64,000 nucleotides of DNA, from positions 6,912,493-6,976,492 of the forward strand of contig CM055976.1 in NCBI GenBank assembly GCA_029531755.1, given 5' to 3'. Below are positions 22,901-34,877 of the stretch, piece after piece. Below the pieces are notes generated by a model. That model was given only the letters and a program-made list of their open reading frames with translations. It ran no database searches and was not told the DNA's origin. The translations under genes and the position numbers were made by a program. This DNA comes from Holothuria leucospilota (Eukaryota). Within the stretch, counting starts at the first letter, position 1. The number at the start of each line of letters is the position of its first letter.

Positions 22901-24662
22901 TTAATAGTTGTTCCTGCGGGACTTTGAAGTATTTCTTTTAAGAGCTAAATGCTTTTCGACTTTAATAGTGAACGTCGTCATAATAAAAAAAGTGTTACAG
23001 TCTGGTACAGAATGTTTGAGTTTACAATTGTTAATATAGTATTTGCAATGTATAATGAAGAAGTTTAAGGGATCACATCTAGCATAAATACAACCAAAGA
23101 AAAGGTCCTTTCTGGAGAAAATAAACTGACGCCCAAAGAACTTAAATTCACAATCTAAAAGAAAACTAGAGGTGACATGGCGTGACCAGAACAGGTGCTC
23201 TAGAGACTTGGTATCAATATGACAAAAGGTGCACAGAGAAGTATTTGCCTTACCCATTAAACACAGCAGCCTATTTGTTCCTAATATACGGTGAATGAAT
23301 TTGAATTGAAAGTACTTTATCTTCGCTTTCAATACAGTACAAAAATGCATGTTGAAAATAGTAGCCCAATTTTCTGGTGTTATGTTAAATTGAAATTTAC
23401 TTTCCCACTTAGCACAAACTTTGGGCAGACTAGTAATATGATTAATCAATAAAGGGTACACTGCATGGGAAATCTTAGTATTACTCCCGATAGAACCAAC
23501 AATGCGGTCACTGCTGTGATGATCCGAGTGATGAATGGAGTGGACCCAGTCATTTGGAATTGCTGAAAGCAATCCGAAAAATCTAGTAAATGGATAGTTC
23601 AAAATTTTATGTTTATTCCTAAACTCATCATAAAATATTTTTCTTTAAAAAAAATATTTTTTATTAATGAAGTTGCTATCAATACATTCAACATCTTTAG
23701 CAAGAAAGTTACAGTGGAATTTAAAGTTTTTACCAAACTGAGAGAGAAAGTGATCAAAAAACAGTTTCCAGTAGCCCATATTACTCGTATCCTTGTACTT
23801 CCCAACCAAAGTGGCTTTCAATGGATATGCAAAACTCTGGAAATGAATACCCCTTAAGCCCCCTCTATTGATATTGTTTAATATACACTGTGCTTTTAAC
23901 TTTGTCAGGGTCATATCACTCCAAACAAATCAAAAATTAAACTCTGTAAATTCCTAAAAAAATGTTGGGGGATTTGGAAGCACTTGAAACAGAAATACAA
24001 GCTGACTAATGCCATAAGCTTTAACAATAATGTTTCTACCAAGTGAGGTAAGATCCCTGGAGCACGAAATTTTAAGTTGCATGATTTTTGATTCCTTGCT
24101 GAAGGCCGAAGGAATCTATGTGATAGTGATGTCGTGTGTGTGCACATATGTGATGCCTTTGCTTGTAAACACGACATCTCAAGACGTGTATAAACTCCGA
24201 AGGATCACATACTTAGCATGTAGATTGCCCATATTAAGTAGATGATCTCTAATATTTTTGGTGGGGGTCAAAGGTCATTTGGGGTCACAGGAGGTCAAAA
24301 GGTCAAACCTTGTAAACACGATATCTCAAGGAGGGTAAAGAATCTAAACCCACGAATGAAAGGTATCCCCAAAATGAAAGTAATTCAATGTACAGTCTAT
24401 ATGACCCCAATCAACACGATCAAAAGCCTTCTCAAAGTCTACAGAGAAAAGGAAACCAGGAATAGTATGCTTATTTGTGTACTGAATACCATCTAATACA
24501 AAATGAACGTTTTCTCCTATGGAGCAATTCTTAATAAAACCCATTTGGTTTTCACCAGTTATATCAGCAATAACATTCTTTAATCGGTTAGCAAGAGACT
24601 TGGTTCAAATTTTATAATCGGTATTCAGAAGGCTTATTGGTCTATAGTTACTTAAATTATCA
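22901..24662 (-). mobile_element. Non-LTR retrotransposon (LINE) ORF2 fragment, an RT plus C-terminal Cys motif, 5'-truncated, frameshifted, and interrupted by a satellite insertion at 24030-24335
   Basis: Minus-strand translation gives NYRPISLLNTDYKI (24600-24640), QMGFIKNCSIGENV...FLFSVDFEKAFDRVDWGHI (24344-24544), a thumb-like segment at 23645-23914, and a C-terminal HRILGTNRLLCLMGKANTSLCTFCHIDTKSLEHLFWSRHV (22901-23602). Confidence 0.65.
24030..24335 (+). repeat. Hairpin head plus one B-type monomer, inserted into the minus-strand LINE
   Basis: tttttgattccttgctgaaggccgaaggaatctatg...gtgtgtgtg...gcttgtaaacacgacatctcaag...ggtgggggtcaaaggtcatttggggtcacaggaggtcaaaaggtcaaacc, lying between LINE segments. 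Confidence 0.7.
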
Positions 24663-24684
24663 TGATTGTGGTAAGTATATATTT

Positions 24685-26640
24685 ATTGGTTTCTATGATA
24701 AGAGAAACCTATGCATTCATGATGGCGTGTGTATGTATGTGTGTGCATAGATGCCCCATATTGAGAGGAAGAACCCTGTTGTTTTTGGTAGGGGTCAAAG
24801 GTCACATAGGGTCACCAGGGGTCAAACTCTGAAACCCTTGTTAACACATTATCTTGAGGTAGGAAGCTTGGATGAGTTTGATACTTTGTATGTAGATGCA
24901 TTATAGTAAGCGGAAGAACCCTATCATTTTTGGTGGAGGTGAAAGGTCATCTGGGGTAACTGGGGGTCAAACCCTAAAAACTTTGTTAACACAATATCTC
25001 AAGAAGGGAAGCTCTGACAATTCTCAAACGTGGTATATAGATGCCCCATGTTAAGAGGAAGAACCCTATTGTTTTTGGTGGGGGTCAAAGGTCACCTGGG
25101 GTCCCAGGGGTCAAACCTTGAAAACCTTGTTAACACAATATCTTGAGGTAGGAAGATTGGATGAATTTCATACTTTGTATGTAGATGCATTATAATAAGA
25201 GGAAGAACCCTATCATTTTTGGTGGAGGTCAAAGGTCATTTGGGGTCACCAGGGGTCAAACCCTGAAAACCTTGTTAACACAATATCTTGATGTAGGAAA
25301 CTTGGATAAATTTCATACTTTGTATGTAGATGCCTTATACAAAGCTCCCAACCCTCCCGCTTTGGGTGGAAAAGTTTCAAAAATCCTCCCTTGAGCCTGC
25401 CTTTCTGCTGTGTCCTATTATTCTCCCGCCCAGAGGAAAATGTTGGCTGATGTGCGCCATCTTCCATGAGTGGTTGTCACAAAGCCATCAGAAAGCATCT
25501 TTAATATGCAAGGGCTTTTATAAAGTTCTTGGCCCCTTAAGCCTGCTGTATTCCATTTCCAGTATACATTTTGGTAAGTGTTTCCCATTCATACATCAGA
25601 GACAAATGGGTCTTCTGAAGCTTCTAAAACACTGAGAAGTCTGGAACTTCTGGGCACTCCACCCACTGTACCTGTACTGGGGTTTTCCCCTGGACCTGGT
25701 GGGGTCCTATGGAAAGCCCCTGGACTCATTAAGGACTTTGGGGTTTGAGCTTTGCGCTCGCTGTGCATTTCCACTTATTTCCACTTATCATATCCTTACA
25801 TCCCTATTTTGAATTCAGAAATGTTGGGAGCTCTGCTTATAGCAAGAGGAAGAATCCTGTCATTTTTAGTGGGGTTCAAAGGTCATCTGGGGTCACCAAG
25901 GGTCATACCCTGAGAACCTTGTAACATGATATCTCAAGGTAGGAAGCTTGGATAAGTTTCATACGTTGTATGTAGTTGCCTTAACCTAAGAGAAAGAATC
26001 TTATTAATTTTTGGTTGAGGTCAAAGGTCATTTGGGGTCACTGGGGTCAAAACTCTGAAAATCTTGTTAACACAATATCTCCACGTAGGAAGCCTGGATA
26101 GATTTCATACTTAGTATGTGGATGCGTTGTGGTAAGAAGATTAATCGTATTATTTTTGGTTGGGGTCAAAGGTCATTTGGGGTCACTGGGGTCAAACATT
26201 GAAAGCCTTGTTAACACGACATCTCAAGGCAGGAAGCTTTGATAGATTTCATACTTAGTATGTAGATGCATTGCAGTGAGAAGATGAACCCTTTTGTTTT
26301 TGGTGGAGGTCAAAGGTCATCTGGGGTCACCAGAGGTAAAAAAAGCAAAATTTCCCCAGAAATCCCAAGAATATTGCATGGGTTCCCCAGAGGTCAGAAA
26401 GCAAAATTTCCCAAGAATATCCAAGATTGTCATCTGGGGTCACCAGAGGTCAAACCGCAAATTTCCCAAGAATATCCAAGATTAAATAGGAACACAAAAC
26501 TGTATTTTTCTGACACATTAAGATAGCATTTGACAAGTGACTGAAAGATATGGGACATCATGGCATTATTTGGACTAGAACATATATCATCGAAACCTCA
26601 ATGCATTTTTGCATTCTGGTATATATATTTGAACAGAGAA
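24685..26640 (+). repeat. Composite satellite element with head (24685-24750), A-type monomers, an unrelated insertion at 25330-25845, a 55-60-bp sub-repeat block (26330-26470) and tail type 2 (26470-26640)
   Basis: Head tgataagagaaacctatgcattcatgatggcgtgtgtatg. The tail ends ...caatgcatttttgcattctggt. Confidence 0.8.
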
Positions 26641-27478
26641 TTTTAATCCCATTAAGAAATGTATTTTTTGTTGAAAAGAAGTTCCAGTTGTGAGCAAAAT
26701 TGTGTAAACATGATCTGTGTAAGGAAATAATAAAATTTATGTGATAATACTGAAGTAAGAATACTCAGTAATCCTGGTGGATGAAGACTACATGCAAAGT
26801 TCCTCTCTTTTAATGTTGTTTAAGTTGCTTTAAGTTCATAAATCATGGCCCAGGGGTATACATGACACATGACATTATTGAACAAAATTTTTTATCAATG
26901 AGCACAATGAATATTTAAGTAATCCTGAGGCAGGATAAAGGTAGGACCAAACATATATAAATACCTTCCATTTGGTGTACATGCAGTGCCTTTACATCTG
27001 GCCATATTCCTTGACATTTGCATAGAGGACAAGAGGGATGGATGATTTGTATTTGAGAAGAGGAGAGGTGTACTAAGGTCATGAAAGTTCCTGACAATGT
27101 ATGATATGCTTATACATTATTTCGGTGAATGGGTTGTCATGCACATAGTAAGGTGTGTCCAAAGTACACATGAAGAAAAGTTGATCTCATTTACGTAAAC
27201 CATTGTTAAGCTGTCTTCTACTCACAAATATATCATCAATTAAATATTACGCTGTTGACTGAGTATTGGCAGAAGTATTAAAAGGTATTCCCTTTCAAAA
27301 GGTGGCATGACCAACTCTAAAACACTGAAAACACAGAAACATTTTCACATTGTTATCTTTGTTTTTGTATGTTTTTATGGTAGTGAGCCTTCCTTTTAAA
27401 AGCAATCAATAACATTAGCCATTCCAAAGATAGATAGGCTAGTTACATCAACCATTCTTTGATGGAAATGTTGTAATC

Positions 27479-27662
27479 CAGGGAGTAATTATCCAGTATC
27501 GCATCCCATTTTGCTACACAAGATGGACGAATTGCTACACAAATGCAAAATTGTGTAGCATATTTGGTACATATAACATTAGGGATTTTAATAATTTTGT
27601 GATAGAGAAGCCCAGAAACCTCAAAATTGCTATGCAAATTTTGAACACTAAATTATTCCCTG
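27479..27662. mobile_element. MITE (about 185 bp) with TIR CAGGGA(G/A)TAATT and a 5-bp TSD (TAATC), lying 46 bp upstream of an exon
   Basis: Terminal inverted repeat cagggagtaatta ... taattattccctg, flanked by taatc on both sides (27474-27478 and 27663-27667). A second copy lies at 39202-39386. Confidence 0.55.
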
Positions 27663-27708
27663 TAATCATCAGAAACACAAGTTACAACATATGTCTTTTC
27701 TCCCTCAG

Positions 27709-28272
27709 GGAATGGATGGAAGTAGTATGATTGATCATTCAGGTGATGTCTCTGCAGCAAGTGCATCACAGAAGCCCCCTCCCTCACCACCACAAATGTT
27801 TGACTCATCTGCAGCAAGTGCATCGCAACAGCTCCCTCCCTCACCATCACCACGATTGTTTGGTTCCTCTCCAGTAGGTGGAAGAGTTCAACAACAGCTA
27901 CCTCCCCAACCAGCAGCACGATCATTTGGCTTCTCTGCAACAAGTGTTTCACAACAGCAACCTGCCCCTCCATCATTACAAATGTTTGACTCCTCTGAAG
28001 AGAGTGCACTGCATCAGCAACAGCAACATCATCCCCCGTCATCATCACAAACGTTTGGCTTCTCTTTAGCAAGTGCATCACAACAGCAACCTCCCCGGCA
28101 ACCACCTTCATTATTTGGCTCCTTTAAAACAAGTGCATCTCGTGAAAGTGGTCGATATACAAGTTTAACAGGATCATTATTGATGGACAGTAAAACAACT
28201 TCACTCTCTCACACTTTCACTCCTCCACCATCAAAACACAAGGGATTATTTGGATCATCCTTTGCTGCACAG
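27709..28272 (+). CDS. Exon-like block A (564 nt, phase 0-0) encoding FG/GLFG-type repeats (RLFGSS, SFGFS, TFGFS, SLFGSF, GLFGSS) separated by Ser/Gln/Pro-rich spacers
   Basis: Acceptor tcttttctccctcag|GGAATGG and donor GCACAG|gtgagaac. A 188-codon open frame. Internal imperfect ~30-aa repeats (DSSAASASQQLPPSPSP-LFGSS). Confidence 0.5.
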
Positions 28273-28894
28273 GTGAGAACATACTAATTCCAAAGAAAAA
28301 ACAAAATGTAATGTTGAGTTGAATTTTCAGAAAAAGAAAAAGATTGCAGGTTTAAAACATGGACTTTATTAAAACTGTGTTAACAGTATGTAAACCACTA
28401 TTGTAGTTTTGTGTTATACTTGGTAAAACTCAACTCCAAAGAAAATGTCAACACTGAAAAGCCCCATATTGTAGCAGAGTTCTGCCATTACCCACAAGAA
28501 GTGGGGGGGGGGGAATTAAGAACTGCTTAAGTATAGTTCCAAATTGATCTATCCTTGGCAAAGAGTACAAGAAGGTTCAGGGCCAGGGTCAAAACCTTAC
28601 CCTTAAAGCTCCAGTCAGCTGCAGTATGAGTGGTTTGGAAGCCTAGTTCTAATAAAATTCAATCATTACTGCTAAAGTGTCCTCTTTTTAAAGTTAAATG
28701 CTATAATATTGACAGCTTACATATTTCTCTTTTTCTAAATAGGGAGTACCAATTCCCTCCTGTATAGCCTTTTGTTTGTAAAGTCTGAATGCAGTGCTTT
28801 GCTTTGTACATTAGGTGGATAGCAATATTCTTGTCCTCCATTTTCAAGGATGATATAGTCTTCTGATTTTAGGATTGTTTCCCCTTTTCTTCTA

Positions 28895-29600
28895 AATTTG
28901 TTTTTGCTTCAGATTTTTGGTTTCAGTGATAAGAGAAATGGATGCATTCATGATGGCCTTAGCGGGTACCAGGGCAGCCGGCGAGAGCTCCGCTCTGGCA
29001 CGTCTTTCCTAGCTCACATGGAGCTCGAAACTGGCGTAGCTGCCCGAAAATTTGGTCACTGCAAACAGAAGTCAGGCGCAGCTGCATGTGTCTGCCTTGG
29101 AGCACAACCCAACCTCAAGCATGTCCCTCAACTCAGTTTCTTTGCAGGCAGCTTCGCTGCTGGGAAATTCCCTTGCATTCCTTACGGTCCTTTCCCAGTA
29201 CCCCGTAAGGCATTGAGTGTGCGTGTGTGTATGTGTGTGTTTGTGACATTTAGCTCATTAACACAATATCTTGAGAAGGGAAACTCTGACAGTTCTCAAA
29301 CTTGGTAAATAGATGCCCCATGTTGAGAAGGAGAACCGTATCGTTTTTGGTAGAGATCAGAGGTCATCTGGGGTCACTGGGGGTCAAACACTGAAAACCT
29401 TGTAAACACGATATCTCCAGATAGAAAGCGTATATGTATTTCATACTTAGTATGTAGATGCGTTATGTAAGGAAATGAATCCTGTTGTTTTGGTGGGGTC
29501 AAAGGTCATCTGGGGTCGCAAAGGGTCAAACAATGAAAACCTTGTTAATGATATATCAAGTTAAGAAGCTTGGATAGATTTCATACGTGGTGTGTTGATG
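28895..29600 (+). repeat. Head (ggtttc...gaaa hairpin type, carrying a ~255-bp inserted segment at 28943-29215) plus about 2 monomers
   Basis: tttttggtttcagtgataagagaaatggatgcattcatgatgg | ccttagcgggtaccagggcagccggcgagagctc...cccgtaaggcattgag | tgtgcgtgtgtg... Confidence 0.7.
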
Positions 29601-29611
29601 CATTACAGTAG

Positions 29612-30046
29612 GGTTGGGCAATATTCGATTTTTACTATCAGGATAATAAACCTAGAAATTGTCGCAATATTTTAATAATTACGATAATTTTCCTAAGACA
29701 ATTTCCATGCGAGTTCCATACTGACACTGGAATATTCAGGGTTAAGAATAGTCACCAAATCTAATGACTGCAAATTTGTTTCGTTCTCTCCTTGATGAAA
29801 AGATGTGGAAATGATGAACTTGCCTTGATTTTACATCAGTTCTATGTAATAAAAGAATGCCTTCAATAAGAGAATTATTTTGGAGACAGCAAAATGAAGA
29901 AAGAAACCACATGAGGCAAATCATTTCACATTTTTGCCACAGGGTATTATCATCATTTTCAAATTCTTATTATCGTATTGTCTTGCAAAACAAATTATCG
30001 CGATAACGATAATTTTTGATATAAGGCCCAACCTTACATTGCAGTG
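29612..30046. mobile_element. Insertion of about 435 bp inside a satellite monomer, bounded by GGTTGGGC...GCCCAACC
   Basis: The satellite monomer sequence (gatgcattacagt / ttacattgcagtgagaag) is split and partially duplicated on both sides of the insert. The ends are an 8-bp inverted repeat. Confidence 0.35.
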
Positions 30047-31150
30047 AGAAGATGGATACTGTTGTTTTTGGTGGAGGTCAAAGGTCATCTGGGGTCACCA
30101 TAGGTTAAAAAGCAAATTTCTCAAGAATTTCCATGATCGTCCCATGGGTTCACCAGAAGTCAAAAAGCAAAATTTCCCGAGAATTCCCTTGCAAGATCGT
30201 CGTCTTGGGTCATCAGAGGTCAAAATGCAAAAGTTTCCAAGAATTCCCAAGATCAAATATGAACGTTAAACTGTATTTTTCCAGCACTGTAAGATAGCAC
30301 TTGACCAGTGGCTGAAAGATATGGGACATCATGGCATTATTTGGAATAAAACATGTATCATCAAAATCCAATGCATTTTTGCATTCTGGTTACGTTCTCA
30401 AATTTTCTGGAAGAGCAAAATGTTTTCTACGTGGTGGGGTGGGGGACATGGCAGCTGAGCTACAGCATCATTGATGCACTATTTGATTCTTTGCTGAAGG
30501 CAAAAGGCACACAGGAATTTTTTGTGTATGTATGTGCGTGTATGTGATGTTTGGCTTGTAAACATGATATCTCAAGATAGCAGTGATGGATAATTTTCAT
30601 TCTTGGGAGATAGAATTATCATATTAAGAGAAAGATCCCTGTTGTTTTTGGTGGAGGTCAAAGGTCCTATGAGGTCACAGAGGTCAAAAACAAAACCATT
30701 TGAACATGATATCTTTAGGTAGGAAGCATGGATGCTTTTCATACTTAACATGTGGATGCATTATAGTAAGATGAACCGTATTGATTTTGGTAGGTCAAAA
30801 GTTGTCAGAGGTCACCAGAGGTGAACCTACGAAATTCTTTAAAACTGCTTGTAAATATGATATCTCAAGGTAGCAATGATGGGCAATCTTCATACGTGGT
30901 TTATAACTTTATCATATTGAAAGAAAGAACCTTATTGTTTTCAGTGGAGGCCAAAAGTCATTTGAGGTCATCAGAGGTCGAAAACTGAAAAAACACGATA
31001 TTTCAAGACAGGGATAATGGATCCCTTTCATACTTGGTATATAGATGTGTCACTTTAAGAGATAGGGAACTGTATGAGTTTGTTAGAGGTCGATGATCAT
31101 TTGAGGTTATTAGAGGTGCAACTACAAAAACCTCGTAAACTAAATAGGCA
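30040..31150 (+). repeat. Two partial composite elements. 30040-30420 holds a monomer, sub-repeats and tail type 2. 30440-31150 holds a hairpin-type head plus diverged monomers
   Basis: Tail ...caatgcatttttgcattctggttacg at about 30375-30412. Head ...tttgattctttgctgaaggcaaaagg...gtgtatgtatgtgcgtgtatgtgatgtttggcttgtaaacatgatatctcaag. Confidence 0.65.
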
Positions 31151-34100
31151 GTGGGCAGTGCCTCCGAATTGTGTCCGGGGTTTTTTGACCAACAAAAAGT
31201 TAGGGCTGAATTTTTCTACCATTCCAGAGATAAAGTTACAGAGAAAAACATTTATTTTTTCATGAGCAAAACTGTCACAGTAATAAGTACCAATTTAAAT
31301 TACTTAAAGTGGCCATGACACGTAAATTGGAGTAACGGGAGACTAATTTAGCCTAAAGTACACAAAAAGCTCTTTCTAAAACTGTTTTCATCACCCTTAC
31401 AACCTTGAGCATTAAAAAGAAATTAATGTTTCAAAACATTGCACCAAAAAATAGACTGTTGAAAATGAGATTTCAAGCCAACACAATAATGACGTCATTT
31501 TAGGAACACCATCCTCCGCATACCGAACCTGGCGTACAGCATAGCCTATACATAAGTAAGAGATAGTTATGATTGAAATTCGCGGCATGTCTTGAATTTG
31601 AACTTTATTCTGTCTGTTTGGAGAGTGGTATCGGTCTGTTACATTTTGGGGCTGCAATAGGCTATTACTAATAATTACAAAAACTCTTGATTCATAACCG
31701 AAAAACGAAAAAACTCGGCAGTATACTGTTCGGTTCGGTCTGCGTACAGTGAGTGGACTGGCAGCAACCAGCGAATAATACTGTGCACACGCAATCATAG
31801 CCTAGGCTACTAGTTCCACGATTTCCACTGACACTTGCACGAAAGTAACCTGAAGTTCATATTTTGACTGCCTACATAAAACTTTCCAAGCTAAAGTCCC
31901 TTTCAATTGCTCCAAATGCTTCTCGTGCTCGAATTGTTGTGGTGTTGTACTTTTACCTCACCTAACACTGTCTCAAATCGATACGGTCCTGTGCGCCGTA
32001 ACGAATTACTCACCCCATCTGCACCACTGACGTCTTGTTCAGTATCGCCTTTTCGCCTTTCTGATTTCAAATCCAAGAAAACTCACTTTACCGACAGTCC
32101 ACTGACCATTCCTGTCCGATCAGGGAGTTGCCATTAGAGGACAACTCCCTGGCTCAGATCCGCCATTCCAAAGAAAGTATTAAATTTGATTTCACATGGT
32201 ACCTACTACAAAACAGTGCTGGTGATACATGTGTAGTAACAGGTATGTTGTGTGCTGTACCCATGGAAGTAGTACTTCCATGCTGTACCTATGCTGTTGT
32301 GTTGTGAATGTTTGTACATGCAGCTACTTATCATGACACCAAGACGAAAAACCTGCGTGAAATGCATTTAATTGACTGCAACAAGTGGTAAGCACGAGAA
32401 AAGGGATAACAATTCCAAAATTTACAACTTTTCATGCAGGTTTTACATTGTATCGACCTTGGTAACCGGTACAATGGAATGCAAACACTGTATCAAATGT
32501 CCGAAGGATACCACGCCCAAACAACGATCAGTTCCTAAAGTGACGTCACATGACGTAACAAGATTTTGAGAATTTTTGGAAAGACTAACTTTTCAGGGCT
32601 GGAAGAGGGTGTATTTTTTCTCAATTTTCGAGCGGAAAAACAAGTTGTAAACAAACAGAATGGTTGATTTTCGTTGTAGGAAACGTATTCCTAAGGATAC
32701 AAAAGGGTTTAAACCGTTAATTTACACGTGGCATAGCCACTTTAATTGTGAACACATGAAAAGGATGCTGTGTCTATAACATAATTTGAAATACCATAGC
32801 TTAATGAGTTCTTTGATGGCGTAGTGGATTATAGCTTGGTTTTTCACACAGATGGTGCAGATACGAATCCGCCTAAGCATGTTTTATGTTTTTTTTTTAA
32901 TTTTTTGGTATTCCCTTTTTGGTGGGGTTCCAAGGTTATATGAGGTCAGCAGAGGTCAAATTGTTAAAATATCATAAAAATGATCTAATCAAGAAGTATG
33001 AATATGAGAGATGAACCTCAGTGCAACAAATCACCCCTAGCTCTTAGCAAGAAATTCCTAAGCCTATAGGCTTTCTGGTTTACTGTGTGAAGTCAGATTT
33101 CTGATGTAGTCTTCTCTCCTGCCATGCTGATTGCAAAAGACAAAACTTGTGGGTAGTGTAAGAAGAAGAACTGCTCATTGGCACATGTCAAAAACACTCC
33201 ATTGTGACTATAAATCATTATGCCCTCAACTTTCTATCATCTGTAAATAAATTAAACAGAACATCACCCATGAACAGCTAGCTGCAGAATAGTTTGGTTT
33301 TAATCCAGGAAGGAAAGAGTGACATTGCCTGTAAATTATAAACAACATGCACCTTTCATGTCATTTGCACACATACTGAGGTCTGATTGTTTCCTGTGAC
33401 ATGGATGTTATCTTGTGACACTGGTGTAAGTTTTTGAGGCAGCTCTTGGTAGGGTGAAATTCTGTGATGGTGCATGAATTTGTAACAGTTGGCAAGTCTA
33501 GTGTAGGAGTATGTGTTAATTCTGAACATCATCCTTTAATAAGTGGGGGGAGGGCATCTCTGCTGCCACCCCTTCCATGTGAGACAACTATGTCTGATGG
33601 ACTATTTTGTAATCAATTCCTGCCTCATGTTTTTTTTTTTTACAAATTAGCAGTGTGGAATCTTTGCATTTCAGGACAAAAAAAATTGCCACTTTCAATG
33701 CTCATAAAACATTAACTCCATTTGAGACAGTGAACCTTGTGCCATATATTACTGTTTAGTACATATCCTGGCCTCATAGTATACAGTATCATGTAGGGCT
33801 GCTGTATGTTTTAAGCTTACATTTATGGTTATATCTACTGTAGTTCAATTTCTTTTTCAAACTAATTCCTTTAGAACAATATTTCAATGCTTTTTAAATT
33901 GGTACAATTAATGACTGTTTGAGAATGACACTGTTGTAGTATAATGAACTTGGCTAGTTGATAGAGGCTGGAAAGATATGGGACAAGGTTTGAGACACTT
34001 CCAAAGAGTACAGATTAATAGATAGTATTTATCATTTTATCAGCATTACACTCTCGATTAGTGTATCATGTTTCATTAACTAGATTTGGGTGCTGTAATT

Positions 34101-34661
34101 ATACAATATAGTCCATATGAAAGAAACAAACTAGTGGGCAGGTCCTTCATATAAAGCAGTTAGCTTTTATTTTCTAAGTGAAGAGAAATGCTGTGACGTG
34201 TGAAGATGTGAAGACCATATTGCACAGATGAATGGACAGCGTTAAAAATTTCAATCCTTAACTAGTCAAAATACTTGTATAAATAATCTTTGATGGAGAA
34301 ATTTCAGTGCCTAAAATGCTGCATTGTCCTGAATATGGGATTTAATTTGTATAACAAAAGTGGTAATTCCCCTGCTTTTTTCATTGTAGGGCACCCCTCC
34401 CTCAAGAAAAATGAGGCAGGTTAAAGAAAAGTTAAAGCAAACCTCAAGACATGTTGACAACATCACTAAACTGTTATAACATGAATGTTGGAGCCCCACC
34501 ATTCCTGTATCGAAATACGTGGGCCCGCTTGCTAACTGCTAGTTAAAAGATATTGAATAGAAGGACCCGGGTGTTTCATTCATAAATAAAGGCAGGTTAA
34601 TATCATGGCTGAGGTATAACATCCATCCAACATCGAAACATTGGATTTATTTTGTCTTCAG

Positions 34662-34877
34662 AGCCTGAAGTCTACTGATTCCTCACCTTCAGCAGCATCA
34701 CAGCAAAGTTCTGCAGGTCCTGAGATCGGGGAAGGTGGTTCTCTACGTTCGCCTCCACAACCTGTTCGAGACTCTGTCTCATTTACATCACCTCGTAAAC
34801 GCTTAGCTCATCTTCAAGTACGTTCTTTATGTTCTGATCGGACTGCTAAAGAAGGATCTATGAAACCAGAAAGAGAA
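34662..34877 (+). CDS. Exon-like block B (216 nt, phase 0-0), Ser/Pro-rich (SLKSTDSSPSAASQQSSAGPEIGEGGSLRSPPQPVRDSVSFTSPRKRLAHLQ...)
   Basis: Acceptor ttattttgtcttcag|AGCCTG and donor AGAGAA|gtaagaat. Open frame. Confidence 0.45.

Noticed and set aside
27653-28111. 152-aa ORF on the minus strand (MKVVAGEVAVVMHLLKRSQTF...)
   Set aside because: It is antisense to the FG-repeat exon-like block. Low-complexity repeats keep both strands open. It has no start or splice context of its own, and the repetitive peptide (VAVV.HLLQRSQT) mirrors the sense-strand repeat.
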